Assembly (NCBI RefSeq): GCF_004010195.1
Contig: NC_057729.1
Span: 37,456,999 to 37,520,998 of the forward strand
Length of the DNA stretch: 64,000 nt
From: Chiloscyllium plagiosum
Taxonomy: Eukaryota
Reading direction: 5' to 3'
Position 1 is the stretch's first letter. Each line of letters begins with the position of its first letter. The translations under genes were made by a program, and so were the position numbers. The notes beneath the pieces were generated by a model, which was not told the origin of the DNA, made no database searches, and was given only the letters and a program-made list of their open reading frames with translations. Positions 26,106 through 39,392 of this stretch are shown here, one piece after another.

Positions 26106-26227
26106 ATGTTTCCCTCAGATTATCTTTCGCTATTCCAAACTTTAATTAACTTGTCAAGTGCACTGCATGGCTTTAACATTTCCAGGGGTTTACTGATAAG
26201 CATTATTGAGCCTGTGCCAGAATACAT

Positions 26228-27981
26228 CTCAAGATTAGAGTGGTGCTGGAAAAGCACAACAGTTCAGGAAGCATCCGAGGAGCAGGAAAATCGACTTTCC
26301 GGGCAAAAGCCCTTCATCAGGAATAGAGGCAGGGTACCTGCAGAGTGGAGAGATAAATGAGTCAGGGGTGGGGGTGGGGAGAAAGTAGCAGGGAGTACAT
26401 TAGATGCANNNNNNNNNNNNNNNNNNNNNNNNNNNNNNNNNNNNNNNNNNNNNNNNNNNNNNNNNNNNNNNNNNNNNNNNNNNNNNNNNNNNNNNNNNNN
26501 NNNNNNNNNNNNNNNNNNNNNNNNNNNNNNNNNNNNNNNNNNNNNNNNNNNNNNNNNNNNNNNNNNNNNNNNNNNNNNNNNNNNNNNNNNNNNNNNNNNN
26601 NNNNNNNNNNNNNNNNNNNNNNNNNNNNNNNNNNNNNNNNNNNNNNNNNNNNNNNNNNNNNNNNNNNNNNNNNNNNNNNNNNNNNNNNNNNNNNNNNNNN
26701 NNNNNNNNNNNNNNNNNNNNNNNNNNNNNNNNNNNNNNNNNNNNNNNNNNNNNNNNNNNNNNNNNNNNNNNNNNNNNNNNNNNNNNNNNNNNNNNNNNNN
26801 NNNNNNNNNNNNNNNNNNNNNNNNNNNNNNNNNNNNNNNNNNNNNNNNNNNNNNNNNNNNNNNNNNNNNNNNNNNNNNNNNNNNNNNNNNNNNNNNNNNN
26901 NNNNNNNNNNNNNNNNNNNNNNNNNNNNNNNNNNNNNNNNNNNNNNNNNNNNNNNNNNNNNNNNNNNNNNNNNNNNNNNNNNNNNNNNNNNNNNNNNNNN
27001 NNNNNNNNNNNNNNNNNNNNNNNNNNNNNNNNNNNNNNNNNNNNNNNNNNNNNNNNNNNNNNNNNNNNNNNNNNNNNNNNNNNNNNNNNNNNNNNNNNNN
27101 NNNNNNNNNNNNNNNNNNNNNNNNNNNNNNNNNNNNNNNNNNNNNNNNNNNNNNNNNNNNNNNNNNNNNNNATTAATGGAGATGGAGAGGTCCAGGAAGG
27201 GGAGGGAGGTGTCAGAGATGGTCCAGGTGAATTTAAGGTCGGGGTGGAATGTGTTGGTGAAGTTGATGAATTGCTCAACCTCCTCGCGGGAGCACGAGGT
27301 GGCGCCAATGCAGTCATCAATGTAACGGAGGAAGAGGTGGGGAGTGGTGCCGGTGTGACTAGGGAAGATGGACTGTTCTACGTAGCCAACAAAGAGACAG
27401 GCATAGCTGGGGCCCATACAGGTTCCCATGGCTACCCTTTTTGTCTGGAGGAAGTGGGAGGATTTAAAGGAGAAATTGTTCAGGGTGAGGACCAGTTCAG
27501 CGAAACGAATGAAAGTGTCAGTGGAAGGGTACTGTTGGGGACATCAGGAGAGGAAGAAACAGAGAGCTTGGAGACCTCGGTCATGGCGGATGGAGGTGTC
27601 GAGGGATTGAATATCCATGGTGAATATGAGGCATTGGGAGCCGGGGAAACAGAAGTCTTGGAGGAGGTGGAGGGCGTGGGTGGTGTCTCGAACGTATGTG
27701 GGGAGTTCCTGGACTGGGGGAATAGGACAGTGTCAAGGTAGGTGGAGATGAGTTCGGTAGGGCAGGAGCATGCTGAGACAATGGGTCGGCAAGGGTGGTC
27801 AGGCTTGTGGATCTTGGGAAGGAGGTAGAATTGGGCGGTGCAGGGTTCCTGGAGGTTGGAAGCTGTGGGTGGGAGATCTCCTGAGGTGATGAGGTTCTGT
27901 ATGGTCTGGGTGATGACAGTTTGGTGATGGGGAGGTGGGGTCATGGTTGAGGGGGCTGTAGGAGGAGGTGTCTTCGAGTTA
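26228..27981 (-). mobile_element. Penelope-like element (Neptune-type), 5'-truncated, spanning an assembly gap
   Basis: RT MGPSYACLF...FLRYIDD; FYLLPKIHK; 11-bp TSD CCAGAATACAT (26217-26227, 27982-27992); mutated HHR core at 26293-26320. Confidence 0.92.
26409..27171. other. Assembly gap (763 N)
   Basis: Run of N. Confidence 1.
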
Positions 27982-28269
27982 CCAGAATACATTTGTTTAG
28001 TTTCCAAATGGAGGACCACAAGACAGGCACACTAAGACTAGAGGGTCTACGCAGATACAGGATCAATTTTTTAAGAATTCACCAGCAGCAGCTTCAACCC
28101 TTCTCGGTAGTCTCATGCATTAGGTTTATCTACATTCATGCTTTTAAATATACCTGATATCCGAATGGTCTCCTGACTGGTTTCTCACCAACTGCCCTAC
28201 ATAAAGGTCAGGGTATGTGAAACTCTGGTGCACATCCCTGAATTCATAAGTCTTGTTCACACATCACCC

Positions 28270-28612
28270 CTCTGCTTGCTGATTTATATTGGCTCCAGGT
28301 CTGGCAATGCCTCAAATGTAAAATGTTTGTTATTCTATTCTGCATTCAAGTCCACTCTATCTCATAAAGTCCTTGGTTTCATCAACATGCCAAGATATCT
28401 GTGCTCCTTTAGTTCTGGCTTTGACAGCATCTCCAATTGCAAACATGCCCAGTGAGAGTGATGCCTTCAACTGCCCAAGCCTGAACTTTTGGAAATCCCT
28501 CCCTAGAGTTTTGGTCTCCCTCCTATATCTACTTAAATTGCACCTTTTCAACCAGGTTCATGGTCAACAGATCTAATATCTTTTTATGTGGATCGGGTGT
28601 CAAGTTTTGTTT
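28270..28612 (+). mobile_element. L2-like LINE 3' remnant
   Basis: AFNCPSLNFWKSLP resembles the L2 C-terminal AFS..P.LWNSLP motif. Confidence 0.5.
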
Positions 28613-28617
28613 GAACC

Positions 28618-28965
28618 ATAGAACCACAGAATCCCAACAGTTTGGAAATAGTCCATTTAACCCTTCAAGTCCACACCGACCCTACAAAGTATCCTTCCCA
28701 GGCCCATCCCCTTAACCTATAACTCTACATTTCCCATAATTAATGCACCTAACCAATACTTCCCTGTACACTATTGACAATTTGGCATAGCCAATTCACC
28801 TAACCTGCATAACTTTGGGAGGAAACCAGATAATCCAGAGGAAACCCACGCAGACACAGTGAGAATGTGCAAACTCCACATAGAAAGTTGCCTGAGACTA
28901 TAATCAAATCTTGGACCCTGGTGCTGTGAGGGAACGGTGCCAACCACTGAGCCACTGTGCTGCAA
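28618..28965 (-). mobile_element. HE1-type V-SINE
   Basis: Reverse complement of head, V-domain and tail. Confidence 0.85.
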
Positions 28966-31900
28966 AGGTTCACTCCCTTTAATGTGCTTTCTAACTGCAA
29001 GTTTTTGATAACATGTTCAATATTCTAAAATGAATCTCTGACAAAGGCAAAAGAAAATGATTGGAATTGAACTAATCTCTAAAATGAATGAGTGCTTGGT
29101 TATTTGTGTAACTGAGAGATTTGTTGTTGATTGTTATCATTCCCATTTAAAGATCAACATCTCAGCATAGAAAGGGAGATGCCAATATAAATAGGAGATG
29201 CCAATATAAATGGCAAATTAACCCAACCCCAGGATATTGACCTATTTATGCACGAGGCTGATGATATTGGTGGAAAGCAAACTCCATCACAAGTTGGATA
29301 AGAGGGCTTCTGCTGACGAAATTAGAATCTTTATGTCTCTCCATACATCCCTATGTTTCCAGCTATGTTAACAGATACATATATTATGAATAAAAATCTG
29401 AGACAAGCATTTGCTCACACCAGCAATATTAAAATCTCATTGCAAATTAAACTATTACAATTTTGTTTTTTTTTGTACAAAAGTTGAAGAGTTTCATTCG
29501 TCCCAAAGCTCATGTGCCTGAGTTGACATTTTGTTAATTCTCTGCCTAACTCATAATACACATTGTCATTTTGGAATTATTTTATCTAGGGTCTTTTAAA
29601 AATAACACTTAATGCCTTCTTCTTTTTGATAAGAGGCAAGTTTGCACTTGTAGGAAGTGAGAACTCTTGGTTCATTGCATAGAGCACTGCATTCATAATT
29701 TTCTCACAGAAACTGGCTATTTCATTTCATTTAACCACAATGGTATTTATGCTCCATGCTTGCCTCCTCCAACCTAAAATATCTAAACAGATCAAGACTT
29801 ATTTTGGTCTTGTCAGAACTTAGAACCAAAAACCTTGACTGTTTTTCATTCCTTTGAGTCACTGATGCCAATTGTTACATGACTAGCTAAGATTAAATGC
29901 AGGTAATCTTAGTTCAAAGTGGGGATGATGTGGGCAGAGTGGACAAGTACCAAGCAGTGGCTCTATTTATGACAATTTACCATCATTTGAGAAGATGGTA
30001 GGCTTCTTTACCATTCCATGATTCTATGCATAATGGTCTTTCCTGTTATATTTCTACGTTTTATACTGTATTGCTGAAGAGAAAGATTTAGCTCTGAGCA
30101 CAACCCTGCTCTCACAACCCCTTTTTCATCTTCCTCTCACTTTGTGAGAAATGTTTAGTCAGCAGTTGGAAACTGACCCTAATAGCTCAGCACTGACATA
30201 AGATCTACAGAGTCTGCATAAATCAATTGCAAATTGTTGAAACTTTCTAAGACACTTTACAGAAGTCAAACAATATGAGTCACCATCAAGCACGAAGTTA
30301 GTGAACAGCGAAGTTGTGCAGTTAGTCAAGAAATAATTAATTGTATTTTAAAGTTTAAAATGGCAATCAAAAGTGCACCTGTTAGTACTAACAATCTAAT
30401 TTAGAATCTCTCAAACTATAAATGAATTGCTGTGTTAAATGAGCACAGATGGAACCACAGCTGCCTCTCCACTGCAAGCTATGTTACAGTATTTGCTAAT
30501 TCACATTGTTGATAATGTTGTTCTGAATTTTACCTTCATTGGCCTTAAAAAACAATTTGTTTGCCAAGTTTCATTGCAGCAAAGTTACTTGTCTTCTGTA
30601 CTATATGTTTACTGTTTACAATGTATGAGTTTATTAGTGAGCAAGTTAGGCCATGCCCATACATGAATTAGAATAAGATTTTCACTGAATAGACATTGGC
30701 AATAGGAGCAATAGATTCAATAATTAAAGATTTCTATCTCAAGATTATACATCCAACATCAAATGATAATGCATCTTAAAATGACATAAGGTGTTGATTT
30801 TATTTTGAATTGGGGTAGGAGAGGAACAAGATCAGTTCTCCCAAGGTTATCTCACTGAGGCCAAGCACTTAATGAAAACAGTGACATTGTTTGAGAAATC
30901 ATTGTTTAAACATCCTCATTTAATGAAATGGAAAGCACATCCCTCATATAAAAATTGGCAAAAATAAAAGCAAATTGCATTTAGTGATATGAATGATGAA
31001 CACATGGAGTAAAATTTCATTGAGAGCAACTGGCAGAGAGCCTAACATGTCTGGAAGGAAAATGGCAGATGCCTGATTCATAAGCTTATGTTGTTTCCAA
31101 CCATCAGAATAGTGTGCACTCATGATCTGGGCACATTTCCAAGTTTCTGTTCTTTGCTTGCATTGCACATTTACATATTCAGAGATGGTCATATGTCATT
31201 TCTCTGTTTACTTTGTGAATAGATAAATGGAGAAATAAAAGTGTATTAAAATATAAAGGAGCTGAGGTTTCTACAGGTGCTCTCCTGATCATTAGCTGTT
31301 CATGCCATTTCTCTGGTGATTCCAATAATCCAATTTATAGTGTAAACAACACCATGAAAACTCCACTTCAAAAAATATTTCACCCTGAACTGGTTGGTGC
31401 ACATATCAAAATAATAATGAAGTAACATCACAGAAATGTTCTCGTCTTGATCTACCAAAGTTATCAACAATAACAGTTTGACCAATATCCTCTTTTAATA
31501 GATCTTCTCAAGCAGTGTTTATTTTTTATTTAGTGCTGCATTGCTCAATTTCAAGGACAAAGACCTTTAAATATTTAAGGTACAAAATTGCCAGATATAA
31601 AATAAAGCCCTGTTTTCATAATGCAATGTGACTCACCTTTAATTATAATTGTGCTAAAATTGTGGCGATATCAAGGATTTATGTTTTGGAAGATATCTCA
31701 TTTTGGAAGATATCTGTTGACATTTGGGATACGCAGCTAACTATTGTGCTCTGTCTCTCAGTCAATTAAGAGATATGCGCATGATAATAGCACTGTTTCA
31801 TAGCATGCGACTCAAGGGTATATAGACATCTCTGATGTTATTGTACTTGGGATCACCTGAAGCATGGAATGCTCGTAACATGCTCTTCTGCTGGAAACAA

Positions 31901-33897
31901 ATAGCCTAAACACTTCTGTGAATGTGAAATTTAGATGTATTGGTGGGTGTGACAAATCTCTGTTGGATTTTTCAATATCATGTTATTCGTATCTAGTTTC
32001 TTACACAATGAGGGATAAAACAAGCATTGCCACATTAGGCAAAATCTCCGTCAGGAGGCAAAGCCCATATCACTAATCAAGTGTATTCTTGGATATGTTT
32101 GTTACCATGTCATTGCCCGTAATTTGATCCTTTTGATATTCCAGGCCATCAACTTAGTGTTTTGCAGAAGATTGTATTTTATATATATATTAACTCATCA
32201 TATAACCCCTACACTTTACTATCCCATACCATTTGCTTACTGTCTTGTCTGTCTTGACTGTGTCTGCATTTTCAATAAATTATTAACTTCTTTCTTTTAG
32301 TCCATAATTCTGGTACTTTTGAAGGCAGACTGTCAGCAAGCGATATCATTATCCCCCTGAAGGTGACACAATGGGTTTAGTGCATGCAAATATTAGCAAG
32401 AAAATTGTGAAGTAGTCTATCATCACTGGTCTGTAACACACTGTGCCAGACTCTTCCTGCAAGCCTAACCAATATGGCAAGCTACCAATCTGCAAAATCT
32501 ATTGATCTTTTCCACTCTCATATCACTGGAACAAACCCTTAAAAAAATTAAGCCTCGTTCAATGTAACTATTTTTTAACCTGCGCAAAAACTAATATTTT
32601 TAAACTACTGATCAGATGAGTAATCCACATCATCTTTGTGGAATATTATTAAACATCTCTACACTGATTAATAGCTTGCTTTTTAAAAAAAGATGGTTTC
32701 AAGGTAACATTCTCATGAGACAGAGATTTCTGAATGACAAAAGAGATGAAGAATAAAATGAAGCAGAACATCTGACTGATATCAAGTTGACAGTAAAACA
32801 GCGAAGCACAATAAATTGGGAAAGTTCATTTGGGAAGAAAATAAAACAGATACAAAGAGAATAGGAGAAGGAAGTGGCATCTAACATGAAATGAAATCAA
32901 TGGATCAACGTAAGCTAACATAAATTTGCTGAAGGAAAATCTTGTTTAATCAATTTGATTGAGCTTTTCTGATGATGGAATAGAGATGTTGACTGTAATA
33001 TAGTTGATGATAATCAAGTGGACTTTGAAGAGATCACATAATTACTGACAAAGCTGAAGGGTGGGATCTTCTCAGCTCTTGAATGACATGTGCCATGGTG
33101 AGAAATTGGGCAAGATGCCCAATGAGTACCTTCTTGACCTTGAGACCAAATGGTCCCAATTTCCAAACAAGTGTTGAATGGTGACACAAGATTCTCATCA
33201 GTGAATGGTGAGAGGCTGATTAATGTGGATTATCATTGTTTAACTACTGCATTATTCCATAATCTCACCTCATTTATATGCAGTTTACCTTCTCCAGCTG
33301 CTGCAGAGAAAGTAGATGTTGAGAATTCCCAACAGGAAAGTCAGCACAGTTATCTGGTAACTCCAGATACTGCTTGCTCCTTCAGATCTCTAGCTTGCAC
33401 ATCCGACAGCAGCATCCCAGGGCGCGGCCACAGGCAGCAACCATACACACTTCACATCCACAGATTTGCCTCAATGCATCATAGCAACAAATCTCCCATC
33501 CCCATACAGTACAACTATGCAGGTCAGTGCTGTCCTTTGCTGGCAATCAGTACCTTTCATTGGAATGCTGCTGCAAGAATACTTTGCACACAGGGACAAG
33601 CATGTGGCTCATGGATTAGATCAGCCATTGTTTCACTTGTACTGCTAATGCTCACTCATTGTGACTGCGTCGATGTTCACAACATTTTGCCTTGCGTTAC
33701 TTAAGTCTTCTTGTGCTTTGCCACCTCAGCTGCATTTTAAAGTACATAATACTTCCGTCTTTTCTTACTGCTAGTGCAGACACAGAGCCAAGCAGCTTGT
33801 CATGCTTGTCACCAGTCAACAATGAAGGAGGTAGGCATGTTGTCAGACAGCACTGTGCTATGTCCAATTTCACACTTAAGCATACACCAACAGTCTG

Positions 33898-33992
33898 AAA
33901 AATGCGTTGCTGGAAAAGCACAGCAGGTCAGGCAGCATCCAAGGAGCAGGAGAATCGACGTTTCGGGCATAAGCCCTTCTTCAGGAAATGTG
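33898..33992 (-). mobile_element. PLE terminal-repeat fragment with an intact hammerhead core (33957-33984)
   Basis: Minus strand CTGAAGA-A-GGGC-TTAT-GCCC-GAAAC-GTC; possible ACAGTCT TSD. Confidence 0.8.
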
Positions 33993-34854
33993 CCACAGTC
34001 TACAAGGCAAATACTCACTGCTTGTGCTTCAACCAACCGGCCATGTCTTCAAGCTACAGTTCTTCACCTTAAAGAAGAAACTATCAAGAGAAAGTTTGAG
34101 CAAGAGTTTTAAGATCCTCAGGGGATCTGGACAGAGGAAATAAAGAGAACATTTTCTCATTGGCAGAAAGGCTGAGTAGCAAAGAGGCTGGATGACTGGT
34201 AGAAGGAGCAATACCAACCAAAGAGAAATCTTTTTAAGCAACATGTGATTAGTTCTGGAATGCACTGTTTAACAGGCAGGCTCATTGAGAAAGCTAAAGG
34301 GAAAAGTTGAAAGAATGGGACTAGATGAATGGTTCCTGAAGAGAGCTGGCAATGATTGGATAGGCTGAATTCCACAGTGTAACCGTTTACTTGTGGGTGC
34401 TCGTGTGTTCCAGTTGGCCTAAAGCCTGTGAATGCCTCCATTTTTATTTCGCTCTCTGTAAAATTTTGAAATGTGATTCGATTCGCCGTGTTTTTCATGT
34501 CTTGGATGTCAGAATACTTTAATGCGATTGGCTGCTGGATGCCATCAGTGCAGCTCAATGTTAGAAAACCAAACTAAGCCACACTACAATCAATTCAACT
34601 TGGAAGACAATTATAATTCTCACTGGCCAGATTGCTAGATATCTCAGCAAGCCTTTTCCTGATGTCTACGGTAAGCAGCCTTGCATCACTGCTGTGTGAG
34701 TTCGGACCTTCTGAGTTTGATAAAGCACAAATGACTTGCAGTGTATGTTGACTCAAATCAGTATTTGAGGCCTCTCCAAGAAAGAACAAGTTAGCAATTC
34801 ATTCATAAAGCAAGTTCTAATTTTAAATCAGTTTCTCAGCAATGCAAGCCAGTC

Positions 34855-35015
34855 AAAAATGAGGACTGCAGATGCTGGAAACCAGAGTTTAGATCAGAGT
34901 GGTGCTGGAAAAGCACAGCAGGTCAGGCAGCATCCGAGGAGCAGGAAAATAGACATTTCGGGCAAAAGCCCTTCATCAGGAATAGAGGCAGGAAGCCTCC
35001 AGGGTGGAGAGAGCC
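34855..35015 (-). mobile_element. PLE terminal-repeat fragment with a hammerhead core (34952-34979)
   Basis: CTGATGAAGGGCTTTTGCCCGAAATGTC; possible GCCAGTC TSD. Confidence 0.8.
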
Positions 35016-36470
35016 TGGCCAGTCCATGTTCATTAGTGAGGTCCCTTCAGCTTAGAGTCAAAGAGTCATATACTTAAATAATGAGCAAAAGGTGGTTATT
35101 TTGCTCCTGGCAATGGGATGATATCAGATCAATGAAATGGTCAATAAAAAAGGTAATTTTGATTTGCTCTCTATTTTGTGCTTAATTGTAAGTTTAATCT
35201 TTCCCATGAAGACAAAGGCCCTATTTCTGAAGATCATGTTATCCAGAAGGCAAATGCAGCCAGCAGAGGCTCTGAAATTTTGCTGGTATGAAAACCAGAT
35301 GGTGCTGACAATTATTTTTCAGTTTCAGCATGACACATAGTGCTGCTACTGAAGAGAACTAGCAAGGTGTGGCACTTTGATGAAATCTGGAGACAGGCTA
35401 AAAGAATTCTGTCTATATTATATTAATCTGACTTGATATACTAATAGAAACAGCTCAGCATTGTAAAGATACAGTACAATGAAGAGAGTCAATTTGTTCA
35501 AAGCCATTTACGCCTGGAGATGATAGCCCTGAGCATTTCAAATTGCACCTCTATTTTGTCTTCATAAGGAACCAAGTCTCAGATCTCCACTGTCCATCAA
35601 ATTATTTTAATAATACTATCCAGCTGGGCTTATAGAATAACATTAATTGAAAATCATCTTTGTTCTGTTTTGAGCAGAGAACAATGACGTTTCACAAATC
35701 CGAATACCATAGCTGCAGAAATTGTGAAACGACAAAGATTTTTCAGTACTTACACTGTTCAATATCCCTGTTGTGATTGATTTCCACACTACCAAGCATC
35801 CTTAACAAATGGCAATGACTGCTGATTTATAACTTCTTAAGCTACTTAAGGTAAGTTTTCCAGATTCTATAATTACTGTCTTTATAGATTGTTCTTTAGA
35901 TTGAAATTTGATTTGGCTTCATGTGTAGTCTTCTATCCTTCATAAAATACATTATGAAATCTATTTTAATTAATTTTTTAATCTCTACAGCTTCCAATAT
36001 TCTTGGAAAACCAGTTTTACTTTGTTCACAGGTCTTTTCAAAGACAGTTTCCTACTTAGCAAAAAGAGCTTCTTTCAACAAAGAACTGTACTTTATCTCC
36101 AGTGTTGTAATTAGCAAGAAGAATCTTAATCAAGCATTTTGTTTAATAAGATTAAAATGTGTGCTACAAATAAACCAAAGCAGTTTATATTGTTTCTTTT
36201 TAAAATCTATTAGGAGTCAAAAAAATTAGTGCTTAAAGTCACAGTTATAAAAATATTGTAATTATTGTAGATGGAGGGGATTAATCAGCTGAAACAGTTA
36301 CATTCAAATGATTGCTGGAAACAGGTTGCCAGAATGACCTGGAATAAATGGTGATGGAACCAAGACAGCCATTTATGTTAAAGCTGGGAGATCCTAAAAA
36401 GTTCAAGTCAAGTTTCATATCCATAATTATTAGCTGAAAAGTTGAGAAAGGATGAAGTCCTGATCACTGG

Positions 36471-36523
36471 TCAGACATTGTTGGGGTAAGGAATCAGACA
36501 TTGTTGGGGTAAGGAATCAGACA
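36471..36523. repeat. 23-bp perfect tandem duplication
   Basis: TCAGACATTGTTGGGGTAAGGAA x2.3. Confidence 0.9.
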
Positions 36524-36607
36524 GCTGTCTCATGGCTATTTTCTGCACTGACCAGTTCAAAAAGAATGCTGTGGTACAACTTGCTGGAATTATGAGCTTG
36601 AGAGCAG

Positions 36608-37610
36608 CACAGTTAGGATAATTGGGTTTTCCTGGTACTCACAGTTAGGATAATGGGGTTTCCTGTTACTCACAGTTAGGATAATGGGTTTTTGTTACTC
36701 ACAGTTAGGATAATGGGGTTTTCTGTTACTCACAGTTAGGATAATGGGGTTTACTGTTACTCACAGTTAGGATAATGGGGCTTCCTGTTACTCACAGTTA
36801 GGATAATGGGTTTTTTGTTACTCACAGTTATTATAATGGGACTTCCTGTTACTCGCAGTTAGGATAATGGGTTTTCTGTTACTCACAGATAGGATAATGG
36901 GTTTTTTGTTACAGTTAGGATAACGGGGCTTCCTGTTACTCACAGTTAGGATAATGGGGCTTCCTCTTACTAACAGTTAGGATAATGGGGTTTCCTGTTA
37001 TTCACAATTAGGATAATGGGTTTTTTGTTACTCACAGTGGGGATAATGGGGCTTCCTGTTCCTCACAGTTAGGATAATGGGTTTTCTGTTACTCACAGTT
37101 AGGATAATGGGTTTTTTGTTACTCACAATTAGGATAATGGGGCTTCCTGTTACTCATAGTTAGGATAATGGGTTTTCTGTTACTTAAAGTTAGGATAATG
37201 GGTTTTTTGTTACTCACAGTTAGGATAATGGGGTTTTCTGTTACTCACAGTTAGGATAATGGGTTTTTTGTTACTCACAGTTATTATAATGGGACTTCCT
37301 GTTACTCGCAGTTAGGATAATGGGTTTTCTGTTACTCACAGTTAGGATAATGGGGTTTTCTGTTACTCACAGTTAGGGATAATGGGTTTACTGTTACTCA
37401 CAGTTAGAATAATGGGGCTTCCTGTTACTCACAGTTAGGATAATGGGGTTTTCTGTTACTCACAGTTAGAATAATGGGGCTTCCTGTTACTCACAGTTAG
37501 GATAATGGGGTTTACTGTTACTCACAGTTAGAATAATGGGGCTTCCTGTTACTCACAGTTAGGATAATGGGGTTTACTGTTACTCACAGTTAGGATAATG
37601 GGGTTTTCTA
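36608..37610. repeat. Minisatellite, ~31-bp unit, ~32 copies
   Basis: Unit CACAGTTAGGATAATGGGGTTTCCTGTTACT, with variation confined mostly to the G/T tract. Confidence 0.97.
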
Positions 37611-39070
37611 TTATTTTAGTTAATGCCAGGATCAACATTGCATTTCCTTAAAAAAAAAGAGGTTTTAGGATTGAGAAAGAAGGTCAGCACTGATGAAGAA
37701 GCAAAGCAAATCAGAGTGGGTGATTTAGTATAAAATTATTAAATGAAAAATTAAAGAGAAGAAAGATTGCATTGAGACAAAAGAAAAAAGAAGGAATGAT
37801 AAAATAAAAGTATACATGGATGAGAAACATAATTTAAATTGTTTCCATCCAACAGTTAAGCCACTGGTTGACACTGAGCTAACAATTACCTTTCATCAAA
37901 AGGTACTTTCATTCAATGACCAGATTTAACTTTGTGCTGAGTTTAGTATAAAGTAAAGTGAAAACACAAGTTCATAAAGATAATTGGGAGGCTAGGGGTG
38001 AAGCATAAGGAAAACAGTAGATGAGAACAAACACAAATTATGTAGATTCACAACTGAGATGAATCTTTTCATCCTGAAAAGTTGACTGATCAATTCACAT
38101 ATAGGCTTGTGTACCAGTTGTTAATTACTGACATGACCGAGCCCATGACAACAAGTGTGCAATATATATTTTTAACTGACTCTAAACATCATTGAAAGTT
38201 TCTTGTTGTCCTGCATACTACATTCACAACACATATAATTGCCATTTAATATCCAAAAGCCAACATGATAAACCTGGGGTTAGTGTAGCAAAATTGATTA
38301 TTTGTATCTATCCCTAAGCAGAACTGGTAATTTGAAACACAGTATGTACCAAAGAACTCTATGATCCTGGTTATTTCTTTTTAGGCTTCAATTTACCTTT
38401 AGTAATTGAGGAGAAATACGTTTGTATTATAAAAAGTTAACCAAAGTAAAAATGGTAAAACTTGCTTCCAAAATAATGTATTGGCATTTATAGAGAGTTT
38501 TATAAAATTAGAGAAATTACGACTGTCAGAAATACACTATGTCTAAGAATTGCAATACAGAGCACGATAATAGGATCACTATGTATTTGCAGAATGATCA
38601 ACAGAGAACATTTCCGACGTTGCAGCACTCCTTCAACAGCACGCTTAAGTATCAACTCACGGTCATATCACTAATATGTGGCATTGAGAATGCTACTATT
38701 TCTGGTTATAACGTTCTTGTGAAACCTTGGTCTATCTCCAAATACACAAACTGTCTGGTATTCCCTAAGTATCACAGTCAGTCAGGGAAATGATAACATT
38801 ACACTACCGTAGGAAATCATGTCAGATGATTAAATCATGTTAAAGCAAGAACAATGAGTTTCACTGGCAAATTAAAAAAAAGTTAAAGGCTAAGAAAACG
38901 GACTTACATTCATATAGCACCTGAGCACAATTCAGAGAGGTCTTAAAACACCTTTCACACGAGCAATTACATCATGTGTTTTTTTATTATTAGTGCATGA
39001 GCAAATGGCAGAGTTACTTCACTCAGAACTGGGTTCCACAAATAGCAAAATTAAAACTAAGGCTGTGTTA

Positions 39071-39392
39071 GATTAGAATCCCTATGGTGTGGAAACAGGC
39101 CCTTCAGCCCAACAAGTCCACACTGACCCTGTGAAGAGTAACCTACCCAGACCCATTCCACTACCTTATATTTACCCCTGACTAATGCACTTAACCTACA
39201 CATCCCTAAACACGATGGACAATTTAGTGTGCCAAATTCACCTGACCTGCACATCTATGAATTGTGGGAGGAAACCCACACAGACACAGGGAAAATATTC
39301 AAACTCCACACAGACAGTCACCTGAGGCTAGACTCGAACAGGGGTTCCTGGCCCTGTGAGACAGCAGTGCTAACCACCAAGCCACTGCGTCA
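39071..39392 (-). mobile_element. HE1-type V-SINE
   Basis: Reverse complement of tail, V-domain and head; sits within an older SINE-like repeat (~38900-39640) similar to 56420-56780. Confidence 0.85.

Noticed and set aside
26357-27741. Long ORFs of 306-445 aa in the ORF track
   Set aside because: Artefacts of translating through the N gap; the only real coding signal is the Penelope RT on the minus strand.
33150-33704. 184-aa ORF
   Set aside because: No recognisable domain, opposite strand to the host gene, and it overlaps a transposon-derived block shared with ~46530.
36608-37610. CRISPR-like appearance of ~31-bp repeats
   Set aside because: Units are head-to-tail with no unique spacers, there are no cas genes, and the context is a eukaryotic intron; it is a minisatellite.
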